A DNA stretch of 64,000 bases from Candidatus Latescibacterota bacterium (lineage in GTDB: Bacteria; Latescibacterota; UBA2968; GCA-2709665): assembly GCA_965116875.1 (NCBI GenBank), contig OZ220733.1, forward strand, positions 4,768,001-4,832,000, read 5' to 3'. Both the position numbers and the translations under genes were made by a program. Every line of letters begins with the position of its first letter. Position 1 is the stretch's first letter. Under the pieces are notes generated by a model, which saw only the letters and a program-made list of their open reading frames with translations, was not told the origin of the DNA and ran no database searches. Below are positions 29,225-39,832 of this stretch, in pieces.

Positions 29225-30712
29225 ATGCTCGACACCGTTGATCTTTCGCGAAAAGTGGCAAAATCGAGATATAAGGAACTCATGGGGGGCCTTGAACTGA
29301 GACTCGGGCAACTTCAGCGAAACGCCAGAAAGTGGAAGATCCCGATTGTCGTTGTCTTCGAGGGTCTTGAGGCATCCGGCAAGGGTACGCAAACCAACAA
29401 GCTCCTCCTTGCGCTGGATCCCCGCGGCTTCACCGTATACCCGACCCATCCGGCCAACGAGGAAGAGCGCAGAAAGCCCTTCCTGTGGCGTTTCTGGACG
29501 AAGATACCCGAGGGCGGGAGAATCGCGATTTTCAACCGATCCTGGTACGGACGCTTTCTCGTGGAACGAATGGACCAGACGATCACAGAACAGGACTGGA
29601 ATCGGGCTTACGGCGAAATCAGGTCTTTTGAGAAACAGCTCGTCGACGCGGGCACGGTTATCGTCAAGTTCTTTCTGCACATCTCCCAGGCCGAACAGAG
29701 GAAACGGTTCATGAAGCTTCAGAGCAGCCCTTCGACGGCATGGCGCGTAACCGACTACGACTGGCAGAAACACGAAAACTACCGCGAATGCCTGGACGTA
29801 GCCACGGAGATGCTGGAAAGGACACATTCCGGGTTTGCGCCGTGGACGCCGTTGGGAGCAGATAACTGGCGGTCCGCAAACGTAACGATCTTCAGGACGG
29901 TTATCGACGCCGTCGACGGTAGAATTCGTCGGCTGGAAAATGCCGACGCCTCCGCACGGCCGTCGCCACCCAAACTCGAAAAAACACCGTCCGGCATCCT
30001 GAAGAAGGTCGATCTTTCGAAATCCATGAAGAAGTCCGACTATCGCAAAGCCCTCAAAAAGTACCAGGCCCGGATCAAGAACCTGGAACACGAGGTCCAC
30101 CGCCGCCGCATCCCCGTAGTGCTCGTCTACGAAGGTTGGGACGCGGCGGGCAAGGGCGGCAACATCAAACGCCTCGTGCAGAATATGGACCCCAGAGGGT
30201 ATGAAGTCATTCCCATTGCGGCGCCCAACGACATTGAGATGGACCACCACTATCTCTGGCGATTCTGGAACCGAATGCCCAAGACCGGCCACATCACCAT
30301 TTTCGACCGATCATGGTACGGGAGGGTTCTTGTGGAACGAATCGAGGGATTCTGTTCGGAATTGGAGTGGAAACGCGCCTATCGGGAAATCAACGAAATG
30401 GAAGAACACCTGACGAACTTCGGCGCCGTCATTCTCAAGTTCTGGATGCACGTGGACAAAGACGAACAGCTCAGCCGGTTCAAGGACCGTAAGAAGAACC
30501 CGCACAAGCGTTGGAAGCTCGCGGACGAAGACTGGAGGAACCGGGAGAAGTGGGACGCATACGAGGAAGCGGTAGAAGAGATGATCCACCGGACCGGCAC
30601 ACCGAACGCACCGTGGGTAATTGTCGAATCGAACTCGAAGTACTATGCCAGAATCAAGGTGCTGAAAACCGTTACTCGAAAACTGGAGTCGCGCCTCGGC
30701 ATCCGGCATTGA
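29225..30712 (+). CDS. pap: Two-domain PPK2, polyphosphate:AMP phosphotransferase
   Basis: AAAGGAG SD; two PPK2 repeats: EGLEASGKG..FNRSWY and EGWDAAGKGG..FDRSWY. Confidence 0.92.
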   Translation: MLDTVDLSRKVAKSRYKELMGGLELRLGQLQRNARKWKIPIVVVFEGLEASGKGTQTNKLLLALDPRGFTVYPTHPANEEERRKPFLWRFWTKIPEGGRIAIFNRSWYGRFLVERMDQTITEQDWNRAYGEIRSFEKQLVDAGTVIVKFFLHISQAEQRKRFMKLQSSPSTAWRVTDYDWQKHENYRECLDVATEMLERTHSGFAPWTPLGADNWRSANVTIFRTVIDAVDGRIRRLENADASARPSPPKLEKTPSGILKKVDLSKSMKKSDYRKALKKYQARIKNLEHEVHRRRIPVVLVYEGWDAAGKGGNIKRLVQNMDPRGYEVIPIAAPNDIEMDHHYLWRFWNRMPKTGHITIFDRSWYGRVLVERIEGFCSELEWKRAYREINEMEEHLTNFGAVILKFWMHVDKDEQLSRFKDRKKNPHKRWKLADEDWRNREKWDAYEEAVEEMIHRTGTPNAPWVIVESNSKYYARIKVLKTVTRKLESRLGIRH

Positions 30713-30735
30713 TCCAATATCCGAGGAGAGTCCCA

Positions 30736-31989
30736 ATGCAGGTCACAGAGGTTGAAATCACGTTCCTGGATGTACCGTTCACGCCGCACAGCAACGAACA
30801 CCTCCAATACTGGCTGCCCCAGTGGCGCATCATCCAGATCTGCCGGCTCACAATGGACAACGGTATTGTGGGATGTGGTGAAACGGTCCACAACTATACG
30901 TGGGCCCAGGTACCCGAACGGATCGAAAGCCGCATTCACGATCGGCCCGCTGCGGAGTTGATGTGGGACGACAGTCTGGGCGCAGGCGTTCAAATGGCGT
31001 TGTTCGATGCCGTGGGCAAGAGCCTTGGCGTGCCGGCCTACCGATTGCTCGGCACGAAGGTCCGGGACTGGTGCCCGATCTCCTGGTGGCACATGGACAT
31101 GCCGCCCGCGGACTGGGCGGAAGAGTGTCGTCAGGCCGTGAACGCGGGGTACATGAGCGCCAAACTCAAAGCCAGGCCATGGTTCGACCTGCACGCAGCG
31201 GTGCGAGCCGTACAGGAAGTGGTACCGGACGGGTTCCATCTCGACTTTGACTACAACGGTACGCTGGGCAATTCCGCAAACGCCGTCCCCCACCTGAAGG
31301 CATTGGAGGCCTATCCCCAGATTGCTATGGTAGAAACGCCGATTCCCCAAAGCGACGTGGCGGGCAACCGCCAGATCCGCACGCGTTTCAATCGGCCTCT
31401 CGCCATGCATTACGGAAGTCCGCCGGCAATCACAGCGTTGAACGAGGACGTGACGGACGGCTTCGTGTTGTGCGCTGGCGCTTCGCGGCTTTTGAGGCAG
31501 GCCGCCGTGTGCGAAGAAGCCAACAAGCCCTTCTGGCTGCAGCTCGTCGGTACCGGGATTACTACGGCCTGGGCCGCACACCTCGGCGCGGTACTGCCGC
31601 AGGCCAGGTGGCCGGCAATCACCTGCATGAACATCTGGGAACATTCACTGATCACCGCGCCTCATGACGTGCGCGGCGGATTCTACAGAGTGCCCGAGGC
31701 TCCGGGCCTGGGCATCGACGTCGACGCTGACGCGTTGACGCGATATGCAGTCTCTCATGCCTGGGTTGACGCGCCACGTCATCTCTACCGGTACGCCCGT
31801 GCCAATGGAGAAGTCACCTGCTACGCCTGCAACCGGCAGGACCTCCACCGCATCTACGTTGAAGACGCGCAGCCGATCTCGGAACCCGGTTCGATTCTGA
31901 CGATTGTACCCGACGACGGAAGCGAAGGATTCGACGGCCGGTATATGGCCGCATCCCGAACGCCGGTCAGAGAAAATGTCCGGCCCTGA
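30736..31989 (+). CDS. Mandelate racemase/muconate lactonizing enzyme family protein
   Basis: GAGGAG SD; QMALFDAVGK, KLK, DYN, ETP, PEAPGLGI. Confidence 0.85.
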   Translation: MQVTEVEITFLDVPFTPHSNEHLQYWLPQWRIIQICRLTMDNGIVGCGETVHNYTWAQVPERIESRIHDRPAAELMWDDSLGAGVQMALFDAVGKSLGVPAYRLLGTKVRDWCPISWWHMDMPPADWAEECRQAVNAGYMSAKLKARPWFDLHAAVRAVQEVVPDGFHLDFDYNGTLGNSANAVPHLKALEAYPQIAMVETPIPQSDVAGNRQIRTRFNRPLAMHYGSPPAITALNEDVTDGFVLCAGASRLLRQAAVCEEANKPFWLQLVGTGITTAWAAHLGAVLPQARWPAITCMNIWEHSLITAPHDVRGGFYRVPEAPGLGIDVDADALTRYAVSHAWVDAPRHLYRYARANGEVTCYACNRQDLHRIYVEDAQPISEPGSILTIVPDDGSEGFDGRYMAASRTPVRENVRP

Positions 31990-32084
31990 AGATTCGAATA
32001 TCCTCTCCGATTGCGCATGCAAAGCCCAAAAACGGGGCTTCCTTGATGGAAGCCCCGTTTTTGGGAGGAACACGTGCACGCGGT

Positions 32085-33392
32085 TCAGCCGACAAAAGCA
32101 TCGTATATGGCGCGTACTGCGCGTTTGTAGTCCGCCTCTTCCACACCTACGATGATATTGATTTCAGATGCGCCCTGGTCGATCACCCGGACGTTTACGC
32201 TTGCGTCGGCCAGCGCGGAGAACAAACGTGCGGCGATTCCGATACGATGCGACATGCCTTCGCCGACGGTTGCGATGAGCGCCAGCCCCCGCATCAGCTC
32301 CACGCGATCCGGCTGCAGAATTCGTTGAATATCGTCGACGAGGCGTTCGCCTTTCCCGTCCAACTGGTCGTCCCGCATGATCACCGACATCGTGTCGATC
32401 CCGGACGGGGTATGTTCATAGCTGATATCGTGCGAAGCCACCACTTCGAGCACCTGCCGGCCAAACCCCTTCTGCTGGTTCATCATCGCCTTTTCGATGA
32501 ACAGCATCGTAAATGCCGGCTGCCCGGCCACACCGGCAATGAGATCGGCCGTCAATTCCCTCCGGTCCAGAATTCGGGTTCCGGGATCCGTGGGCCGGTT
32601 CGTATTGCGGATGTGGATGGGAATCCCGGCCGCACGCACGGGAAACATGGCCTCGTCGTGGAAAACCGATGCCCCCATATAGGCCAGTTCGCGAACCTCG
32701 CGATACGTGATTTCACGAACCGGCCGCGCATCCGGAATCAGACCCGGATCGGCCATCAGCAGGCCCGATACATCGGTCCAGTTCTCGTAGACCTCGGCAT
32801 CGACGGCCCGCGCCACGATAGCGCCTGTGATGTCGGAACCGCCTCGCGAAAACGTCCGAACTCCGCCGTCCGGATTGCTGCCGTAGAATCCGGGTATGAC
32901 GAACATACCGCTGTCGTCAACCCGTTCGCGGATAAGGCGGTAACTCGCAGGGTCCAGTTCGCCGTCCCCGCGAAATCGGATGACCTCCGCCGCGTCGATG
33001 AAGGTTGCGCCCAGAAAGTCGGAGACGACCTGACCGCAAAGATACTCCCCCCTCGAAGCGACATAATCCCTGGATGCTCCGCCGTCAATACTCGTTTTCA
33101 GCCGGTCGAGCAACCGGCAGATATTGAGCGAGATGCCCAGTCCTGACGCCAGCTCTTCGTATCTCGCGCGCATCATCGCCAAAGGTTGCGAAAAATCCAG
33201 ACTCTGTCTGGCCAGTTCGTGGCACAGGTAGAGCAGGTCCGTAATCTTCGTATCCGCATCGTTGCGTTTGCCGGGCGCGGAGGGCACGATAAGACGCCGC
33301 TGTGAGTTGGATTCGATAATCCGCCTGACCTGCGCCACCTGCCGGTCATCGGCCAGTGAACTCCCGCCGAATTTGCACACGACCGTCCCCAT
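32085..33392 (-). CDS. lysC: Aspartate kinase
   Basis: KFGGSSLAD, SAPGKR, TFSRGGSDITG, ENWTDVSG, two ACT domains. Confidence 0.93.
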   Translation of the reverse strand: MGTVVCKFGGSSLADDRQVAQVRRIIESNSQRRLIVPSAPGKRNDADTKITDLLYLCHELARQSLDFSQPLAMMRARYEELASGLGISLNICRLLDRLKTSIDGGASRDYVASRGEYLCGQVVSDFLGATFIDAAEVIRFRGDGELDPASYRLIRERVDDSGMFVIPGFYGSNPDGGVRTFSRGGSDITGAIVARAVDAEVYENWTDVSGLLMADPGLIPDARPVREITYREVRELAYMGASVFHDEAMFPVRAAGIPIHIRNTNRPTDPGTRILDRRELTADLIAGVAGQPAFTMLFIEKAMMNQQKGFGRQVLEVVASHDISYEHTPSGIDTMSVIMRDDQLDGKGERLVDDIQRILQPDRVELMRGLALIATVGEGMSHRIGIAARLFSALADASVNVRVIDQGASEINIIVGVEEADYKRAVRAIYDAFVG

Positions 33393-33484
33393 ACCCCGAT
33401 TCTGCCTCCATTCGCTCCTGGTCGCCATCCGGTACTCTTCAGTGGCGGACGGGCGCCGGCATTGTGCGATGCGATTTTTTCACA

Positions 33485-34405
33485 CTACGCGGGATTCCGC
33501 TTCTGAACCAGCCGAAGCTCCTTCAGCAACTCCCTCACCGGCGTGAGACCCGGATCGATCCGCAACGCCTCATTCAACGCGTCGATAGCATGTTGCAGAT
33601 CCGCCGAATCATTGCGCCGTTCCGACAGCCGCCAGTAACACAGACCGATGACATGATGCGCCCTGGCTCTGTCCTCGTTCCCGAGAAATTCATAGTCCAG
33701 CGCTTTCCTGGCAAGGTCGACGGCTTCCTCGTAGCTTGCGGACCTGAACGTATAATACGACGCGAATACCCTTGCATGGGCGATCGCGTCGTCTCCCACG
33801 CCATATTCCAGCCCCCGGTTCACAACCTGAAGCGCTTCGGCATAGCGCCTGGCGCTTTCCAGCATCCGCGCGACGTCGGTCGCCTGCCGGCACAGTTTGT
33901 CACGCCAGGCCTTGTCGGCCTCGGTCGGGCGAAATTCGTACTTCGACCAGAGACTGTCCTGTAGCCCCCAGACGTTCAGCACGCTCTTTATAATCCAGGG
34001 ATGACGCGTCGTTGCGCCGGATCGGGCATTCAGGTAGGTATTGTTGTAATAGTGCCGACCCAGCGCACGGACAACAGGCGGGTACCCCGGCGCAACGGAA
34101 TCCACGCGAGAATACAATGGCACCCACTGCCCTTTACCGAGAGAATCCGCACCCGCCAGCAGGGCCTGGGCTCTCAAGAGCTGGCCATGCCGCTTTGCCG
34201 CCTTCCTCCCCGACGGCGTATCCCCGAATTCACTGGCAATCCCGGCGTATTGCTCGATCGTCTGCGGCAGGGAATCCACTCTTTCTTCCAAATCTCTGAA
34301 GACGACATAATACAGCCGCTGCGCCTTTTTCTCCCTGCGCGCGGATTCGCTGTCGCATCCGGCGCAAATAGCCAGACACAGGATGACAGGTATCGCTTTC
34401 GTCAT
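33485..34405 (-). CDS. TPR-containing lipoprotein
   Basis: Lipobox CAGC; TPR-like repeats (YAEAL..RGL, AVDLARKAL, AIDALNEALRIDP). Confidence 0.7.
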   Translation of the reverse strand: MTKAIPVILCLAICAGCDSESARREKKAQRLYYVVFRDLEERVDSLPQTIEQYAGIASEFGDTPSGRKAAKRHGQLLRAQALLAGADSLGKGQWVPLYSRVDSVAPGYPPVVRALGRHYYNNTYLNARSGATTRHPWIIKSVLNVWGLQDSLWSKYEFRPTEADKAWRDKLCRQATDVARMLESARRYAEALQVVNRGLEYGVGDDAIAHARVFASYYTFRSASYEEAVDLARKALDYEFLGNEDRARAHHVIGLCYWRLSERRNDSADLQHAIDALNEALRIDPGLTPVRELLKELRLVQKRNPA

Positions 34406-34525
34406 TACGCATCGCTCCCCGGGTTGAACTCCGGCGCCCTGCCTTGCGCAGGCTCACCGGCGCCGAACAGGTTGTTCGCAACGTCTCTCGGGCGGTCGTA
34501 TTCCATCGGCCGGAACACGACCGGG

Positions 34526-35494
34526 CTACTCGATGTCGGCGCGAATCGGCATCTCCAATGCGCCCTTCCGGCTGATCTTGTCGATCAATCTCTGATTGAA
34601 CTCCCGCGCCGTATGGTAACCCTGGATCTTGAGCTGATAGTTCAATGCAATGGCTTCCGCAATGACCGTGATGTTCTTGCCCGGATAGATCGGTACGGTC
34701 ACCTGTGGAATTTCCACGTCGAGAATCGACACCCAGTCCTCCTCCAACCCGACACGCTCGTAGGATTCGGTCTCGTCCCACTCCACAAGCTGAACCACGA
34801 CCTCAACCCGTTTCTGAATCCGAAAAGCGGCGATACCGAACATGTGCCTGACGTTCAGAATACCGAGACCGCGGACCTCCATGTGATCCCGTAGCGTATC
34901 GCCGCACGTGCCAACCAGTATGCCCTGGAGTTTTCTCGACACCAATACGATATCGTCGGCAACCAGGCGGTGCCCGCGCTCTACGAGGTCCAGCGCGATT
35001 TCACTCTTGCCGATACCGCTTCGACCGGTAAACAGAAGACCGATCCCGTAGACATCGACGAGAGATCCATGGATGGCGGTCCTGGGTGCGAATACGTCGT
35101 CCAGGTAGTACGAGAAGAGATGGGAAAACTTCGTAGTGGAAAACGGAGTGACCATCAGCGGAATTCCGCGCTGCCCGGCCAGATCCACCATAGTCCGCGG
35201 CACCTCGTTTCCGTCGGTAACCACCACGCAGGGGATGTCGAACTGAAACACCGTCTCCAGAACCGTGCGAAGTCTGCGGGGTGAGAGTCCATCCAGATAC
35301 AACATTTCCGAGTTGCCGAGTACCTGTGCGCGATCAAACGTAAACAGACCCACAAATCCGGCCAGCAAGAGACCGGGTCGGTGCACATCGCTGGACGTCA
35401 GCGCGTTTTCCAGGCTGTCTTTGCCGGCGATTAACTCAAGACCAAGCTTTTCGCCGAACTGTTCCATGACTTCGGCGATCGTGATTTCCCGCAC
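34526..35494 (-). CDS. hprK: HPr(Ser) kinase/phosphorylase
   Basis: HRPGL, GRSGIGKSE, GHRLVADD, EVRGLG; GTG start at VREITI. Confidence 0.95.
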   Translation of the reverse strand: MREITIAEVMEQFGEKLGLELIAGKDSLENALTSSDVHRPGLLLAGFVGLFTFDRAQVLGNSEMLYLDGLSPRRLRTVLETVFQFDIPCVVVTDGNEVPRTMVDLAGQRGIPLMVTPFSTTKFSHLFSYYLDDVFAPRTAIHGSLVDVYGIGLLFTGRSGIGKSEIALDLVERGHRLVADDIVLVSRKLQGILVGTCGDTLRDHMEVRGLGILNVRHMFGIAAFRIQKRVEVVVQLVEWDETESYERVGLEEDWVSILDVEIPQVTVPIYPGKNITVIAEAIALNYQLKIQGYHTAREFNQRLIDKISRKGALEMPIRADIE

Positions 35495-35778
35495 ACGGCG
35501 CTCCTCGATTGAGCATGGCGGCGAGCCCGGATACGTGGCGCGCAAAGACACAATCCGTATGCCCGGGGCTCCGTTGGTCAACCCGCAGACCTGCGCCCAT
35601 AACCTGTAGATTAATAGGTTGTTGCAGGATCCGAATATATACCAAAACACCAGGCCTGTCAAGAAGATGGATTCCGTCGATCAGGGACTTCGAACTTGAC
35701 TTGGTACCGGCCAGAGGCTATACTCCGTACATGGGTACACAGCCACGACAACCGGACGGTGGGAAACGAGCATAGCAC

Positions 35779-36987
35779 ATGCGAATCGTCGCCAGCATCT
35801 ACCTCGTCTACGTAATCTGCCTGATCTGCCGCAACCTGTTCGTCCGACGGAAGCTTGCCGCTCCACTGGACAGTCTGCGAGCCAGCCATCTGCATTTCGT
35901 GCCGATCGGAATCGCCGCGGGCATCGTCCTGACGATGGACCACGATCTGGCTGCTGTCGTCGAAGACATACAAAGGGAACTGTTGGGTGTCGTTCTGGTC
36001 TGGATCGGCATTGTCGCGGGTCTTCAGTTCGATTTCAGGCGCCTGGGAAGGCGGGCGTCGCGACACCACGCGCTCGAAGGCCTTCAGGTCGCGGGAACCG
36101 CCGCCCTGGTCTTTTTTCTGGCCCTGTTGTGGAGGCCGGTGCTGCGGTATCAAATGGGCATTGCCGCCGAACCCGCCCTGGTTGCGCTGCTGCTGGGCGT
36201 GCTGGCAACCACGCTACGTATGCCGGATCGGGTTTTTTACGCCCGATCCGAACTTGAAACCCCCAACGTTGATCATGCGCCGGCGGGACCACTTATCTCC
36301 AACGCGTCCGGGATGACGCTTCTTACGATCCTGTATCCTTATTGTGCGGGCGTCGCTGTCGTTGAGCTGGGACCGTTCACATTGGTGAGCACCAGCAGTT
36401 TTCTGGCTCTATACGCGTGTGCGGGTGTTCTTCTGGGGCTGCTGATGACGTTCGTCTTCAGCAGCTTTCAGGAGGACGTCGTGTGCGCGATTATCGCGAT
36501 TGGTATCGTCGCAACGTTCGGAGGACTCTGTGCAGGAAAGGCGATTCCAGGTATTGTCGTTGGGTTCATTTCAGGCGTCTGGTTCATCAACACGACCACG
36601 CGCCGACGGGATGCGCTTGAAATTCTGGAAAAGACTACCGGTATCCTTCAGCCCGTCCTGTTCCTGGTCATCGGCGGACTGCTTTCGACACAGAACCTGC
36701 CAATCTTACGATTGACCGCATTCGCTTTTCTGTTTCTGGTAGCGAGAAGTCTTGCCAGGGGCATCAGCCTGACAGTTGCCGCACGGGTGACCCGCTGCCA
36801 TCTTTCGCTGACCGAAATCATCGGCTCGGCGCTCAGGCCGCTCGGCACATTGTCTGTAGCGCTGGTCGCACAACTGCTCCTGCTGGATTCAGGGCCGAAT
36901 CTGTACGCCCTTATCGCCGCCATTCTCGTTGCAGCCGCTATCGGACAGGCGACCCCGTTGCCCAAACCTCGAGACGTTTCCGCCTGA
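35779..36987 (+). CDS. Multi-pass membrane protein, tentatively cation:proton antiporter (CPA2)-like fold
   Basis: About 12 hydrophobic segments; WIGIVAGLQFD and ARSLARG..RPLG resemble CPA2 helices. Confidence 0.5.
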   Translation: MRIVASIYLVYVICLICRNLFVRRKLAAPLDSLRASHLHFVPIGIAAGIVLTMDHDLAAVVEDIQRELLGVVLVWIGIVAGLQFDFRRLGRRASRHHALEGLQVAGTAALVFFLALLWRPVLRYQMGIAAEPALVALLLGVLATTLRMPDRVFYARSELETPNVDHAPAGPLISNASGMTLLTILYPYCAGVAVVELGPFTLVSTSSFLALYACAGVLLGLLMTFVFSSFQEDVVCAIIAIGIVATFGGLCAGKAIPGIVVGFISGVWFINTTTRRRDALEILEKTTGILQPVLFLVIGGLLSTQNLPILRLTAFAFLFLVARSLARGISLTVAARVTRCHLSLTEIIGSALRPLGTLSVALVAQLLLLDSGPNLYALIAAILVAAAIGQATPLPKPRDVSA

Positions 36988-37011
36988 GGCGAATCGTACG
37001 GAAGACATCGC

Positions 37012-38211
37012 ATGAGACGGTTTCTCATCTGCGTCATTTTGTGCGTTGTTGCGTGGGGATCACAAAATGACTTTCCGCATTCGATCCGGCCCGTTGTATA
37101 CGTGGGTCTCATGCTTGTCGTGCCGCTGACCCTGGCGGGCACGTTGGCGGGCTCAGTCATTCCGTTCCACGTGATACCCCTGGTACTCGGTTTTCTGGCC
37201 GGCGGATTCGGATTCCGCCACACGGAGGCATTCGTTGCAGCCTCGCCACTTGCCGAACTGGCCCAGGTCTGGGTGGGCCTGTACCTTGGCGCCAGTTTTT
37301 CCTATCACCGGTTCCTGAGCAAGAAACTCGGGGTGTCCGCGTCAATCTCCATCGGCGCCACGGTGATCCCGGCATTTCTGGCATTTTTTCTGTTGTTGGG
37401 TTTTCCGGTCGTCCAGGCAATCCGCCTGGGTCTTCTTGCCGGGATGTCGGGTCCGATGATCACGCTCATCTCTCAACCTGATCGACGCGAGGGCCTGTCC
37501 TTTTCGATCCTCGTTACGACGTTGGGCCTTTCACTCTGGTTCCTCGCCGACCTCTTCGTGCGCACACCGGGCCTGTATCAGGCCGTACCGTTGGCGATCA
37601 TGTGGGCGGTGGGCGTCGAACTCATCGCGAGGATGACTCACACGGTCAGAACCGGAATGGGCGGCCAGGTCCTCTTCGGCGCAATCGTGGCGACGCTCTT
37701 CGTCTGCGCTCGAACGATGCATATATCCCCGCTCTTTCTGTCACTCGTGACAGGTGTGGGCGTGTCCGCGAGGTCGGGCAGGTCCGGATTTGCGCTGCGG
37801 GGAATGGCGCCTCTGTCGGTTCCGCTCTCGTACGTTGTCCTCACGTATTTTACGGCCGGCCTGGACCTTAACGGTCTTTTGGAACTGTCCGCGCTTCACT
37901 GGAAGATTCTGGGCATCTATGTGGCTGCGATGCTCATTGGCAAGATCGTCGGCGGGTTGACCGCCAGGCGTTGGGCCGGCCTGGACGTTCGAGACTGGTC
38001 GCAACTGCTCCCTCAGGGGTTTTTCGTGTTTGTTCTTCTGCACGAAGCGTTCCCGCCGGAGATGGATCCGGCCGTGCGCAACGGGCTGACCGCCGGTGTG
38101 GTCCTTCTGTGCGGCATCGCCATCCCTGTGCTGACGGCTCCCATTATCTACGTGTACGAGCGGATGGATCGCAGCCGGATCCAGGCCGCCACGCGATCGG
38201 GCGGTTCTTAG
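37012..38211 (+). CDS. Multi-pass membrane protein, CPA2/Na+/H+ exchanger-like
   Basis: About 12 TM; YFTAGLDL, IGKIVGG, LLPQG. Confidence 0.55.
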   Translation: MRRFLICVILCVVAWGSQNDFPHSIRPVVYVGLMLVVPLTLAGTLAGSVIPFHVIPLVLGFLAGGFGFRHTEAFVAASPLAELAQVWVGLYLGASFSYHRFLSKKLGVSASISIGATVIPAFLAFFLLLGFPVVQAIRLGLLAGMSGPMITLISQPDRREGLSFSILVTTLGLSLWFLADLFVRTPGLYQAVPLAIMWAVGVELIARMTHTVRTGMGGQVLFGAIVATLFVCARTMHISPLFLSLVTGVGVSARSGRSGFALRGMAPLSVPLSYVVLTYFTAGLDLNGLLELSALHWKILGIYVAAMLIGKIVGGLTARRWAGLDVRDWSQLLPQGFFVFVLLHEAFPPEMDPAVRNGLTAGVVLLCGIAIPVLTAPIIYVYERMDRSRIQAATRSGGS

Positions 38212-38396
38212 AAGCTGTCTTAAAACCCCCAGCGGTCTTCGCGCGGCTGTAAAAGCGCCGGTCGGCGTTGGTCAAACCCACCGGTCTTACGAGATCGAGG
38301 CTGCGCTTGCTCGCCTCTCATAGCCGGATTTTCCCGCCTTGACCGTCACTTTTCCGCTCGCGCTCGGGAACTCACCGGGAATTTCAAAACAGCTTC
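38211..38396. mobile_element. MITE family A, copy 1 (186 bp)
   Basis: TIRs GAAGCTGTCTTAAAA / TTTCAAAACAGCTTC; body closely similar to 55213-55374. Confidence 0.8.
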
Positions 38397-38444
38397 CGGG
38401 AATCAAAAAGACCATCCGCAGGCGGGATGGCCGGGCTACACGAA

Positions 38445-38528
38445 CAGTCCGTTGATAAAGTCGCTCTGCAGGCCTGCCAGTGAAGTCTTGGCAGGCAGCC
38501 CGGATGGACTTTCTCAACGGGCTGCTAA
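38445..38528. mobile_element. MITE family B (short, imperfect TIRs)
   Basis: CAGTCCGTTGATAAAGTC / GACTTTCTCAACGGGCTG (16/18); right end matches 51020-51051 at 31/32 nt. Confidence 0.65.
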
Positions 38529-38562
38529 CGCAAGGAATCCAGTCACCGCTGCATACAGGCTG

Positions 38563-39810
38563 CTAATTCAACCAGCCTGACAAGGAAAACGTCTGCATGA
38601 CAAATCGTTCCGAAGCCCCATGCGTGGTCGCGTCGCCACGTCTTCCGAACTCGATTACGTAACGGAAACTGCCTGCGCCCCGGGTCTGGAACGGCAGTGA
38701 AAACCCCAGACTCACGCCAAGCTCGCCGATCTGGGAGTTCCCGTTGGTCTTGAAATACAGCGACCTGTAATGAGCGCCCGCCGTCAATTCGATGCGGCGA
38801 CGCGCACTGCGGCTGTCCGGATCTCCGAATCTGTAGAGAACTCCGCCCGCCAGATCGGTGGTATTGTGGCGTCCTGACTCCGTCTTCTCCCAGAAAGCCC
38901 GTTCGTAATCGAGTGCCGCCAGCCAACGATATCCCGGCCGGTAGGCCAGCCCGAAGCCAACGCTGGCCGGCATTTTCAGATCCTGCGTCGAGCGCGTTTC
39001 CTCTTCAAACCCTATTTCCGCGAAGAAATTCCTCAAAATGCGTGTCTGCGTGACGGTCGTTTCAGCCCGGACCGCGGCGCCGAAGTACCATTTTCCGGCC
39101 CGGTTGTATACGGCGCCAAACGCAGGCTGCACCCCACGGTGAGTGCGTACATATCGATCCTCGCTATTGAGGTGTTCAGGAATCTGACGGTTATTGGAAT
39201 CCAGCAGAAAAGACTTCGAATCTCCGTTGGGCCCGCTGGAGCTGAAGTCTTTCGTCCACGTCTCCTTGATCGTCCCGATTGAGATGACACTCAGGTTTCC
39301 CCCGAGCATCAGACTTCCCCACCTCTGTGCCACACCGAAGGTAAACGCCTGTATCCCGCCCGTTGCGTTCACCCGCAACTCGTAGGGAACCGCTGTGGAG
39401 CTGACGACACTGACGAGGTCGAAGTCCAGGTCCGTCAACGGCTCCAGTCCCGCACCCAGGACCGTACCATTCCGTACGGGCAGCACGATCTGGAATGCGC
39501 CGATATCACCGTCGGAGACCACGTGCCGGCGCTGCCCGTCATCAAGGGAACGCCGTTGCACGAAGAAGCGACTTTGCAGGCCGGCGCGCGTGAATGAGGC
39601 CAGAAGCGCGGGGTTCGCTGAACTGAAGTTCTGGCTGTCGGCAAGCGCGCGGCCCGCGCCTCCCATACCCCTGGCTCGCACGTCGACACGACGTTCGGTA
39701 TCTCCGACTCCATTGAATGAGAAGATTGATTTGGCGGCGGGCGAATCCACCCACGCGCCGACGACCAGAAAACCAAGCAATACAATTGGAACTCTGCCAG
39801 GATGGTTCAC
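38563..39810 (-). CDS. Outer-membrane beta-barrel, OmpP1/FadL-like
   Basis: Signal peptide; hatch motif RARGMGGAG..ANPALLA; alternating beta-strands. Confidence 0.75.
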   Translation of the reverse strand: MNHPGRVPIVLLGFLVVGAWVDSPAAKSIFSFNGVGDTERRVDVRARGMGGAGRALADSQNFSSANPALLASFTRAGLQSRFFVQRRSLDDGQRRHVVSDGDIGAFQIVLPVRNGTVLGAGLEPLTDLDFDLVSVVSSTAVPYELRVNATGGIQAFTFGVAQRWGSLMLGGNLSVISIGTIKETWTKDFSSSGPNGDSKSFLLDSNNRQIPEHLNSEDRYVRTHRGVQPAFGAVYNRAGKWYFGAAVRAETTVTQTRILRNFFAEIGFEEETRSTQDLKMPASVGFGLAYRPGYRWLAALDYERAFWEKTESGRHNTTDLAGGVLYRFGDPDSRSARRRIELTAGAHYRSLYFKTNGNSQIGELGVSLGFSLPFQTRGAGSFRYVIEFGRRGDATTHGASERFVMQTFSLSGWLN

Positions 39811-39832
39811 ATGTTTCCTCGAGAAAACGTGT

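Noticed and set aside
33393-33484. Lysine riboswitch before aspartate kinase
   Set aside because: Intergenic space is too short and has no matching motifs
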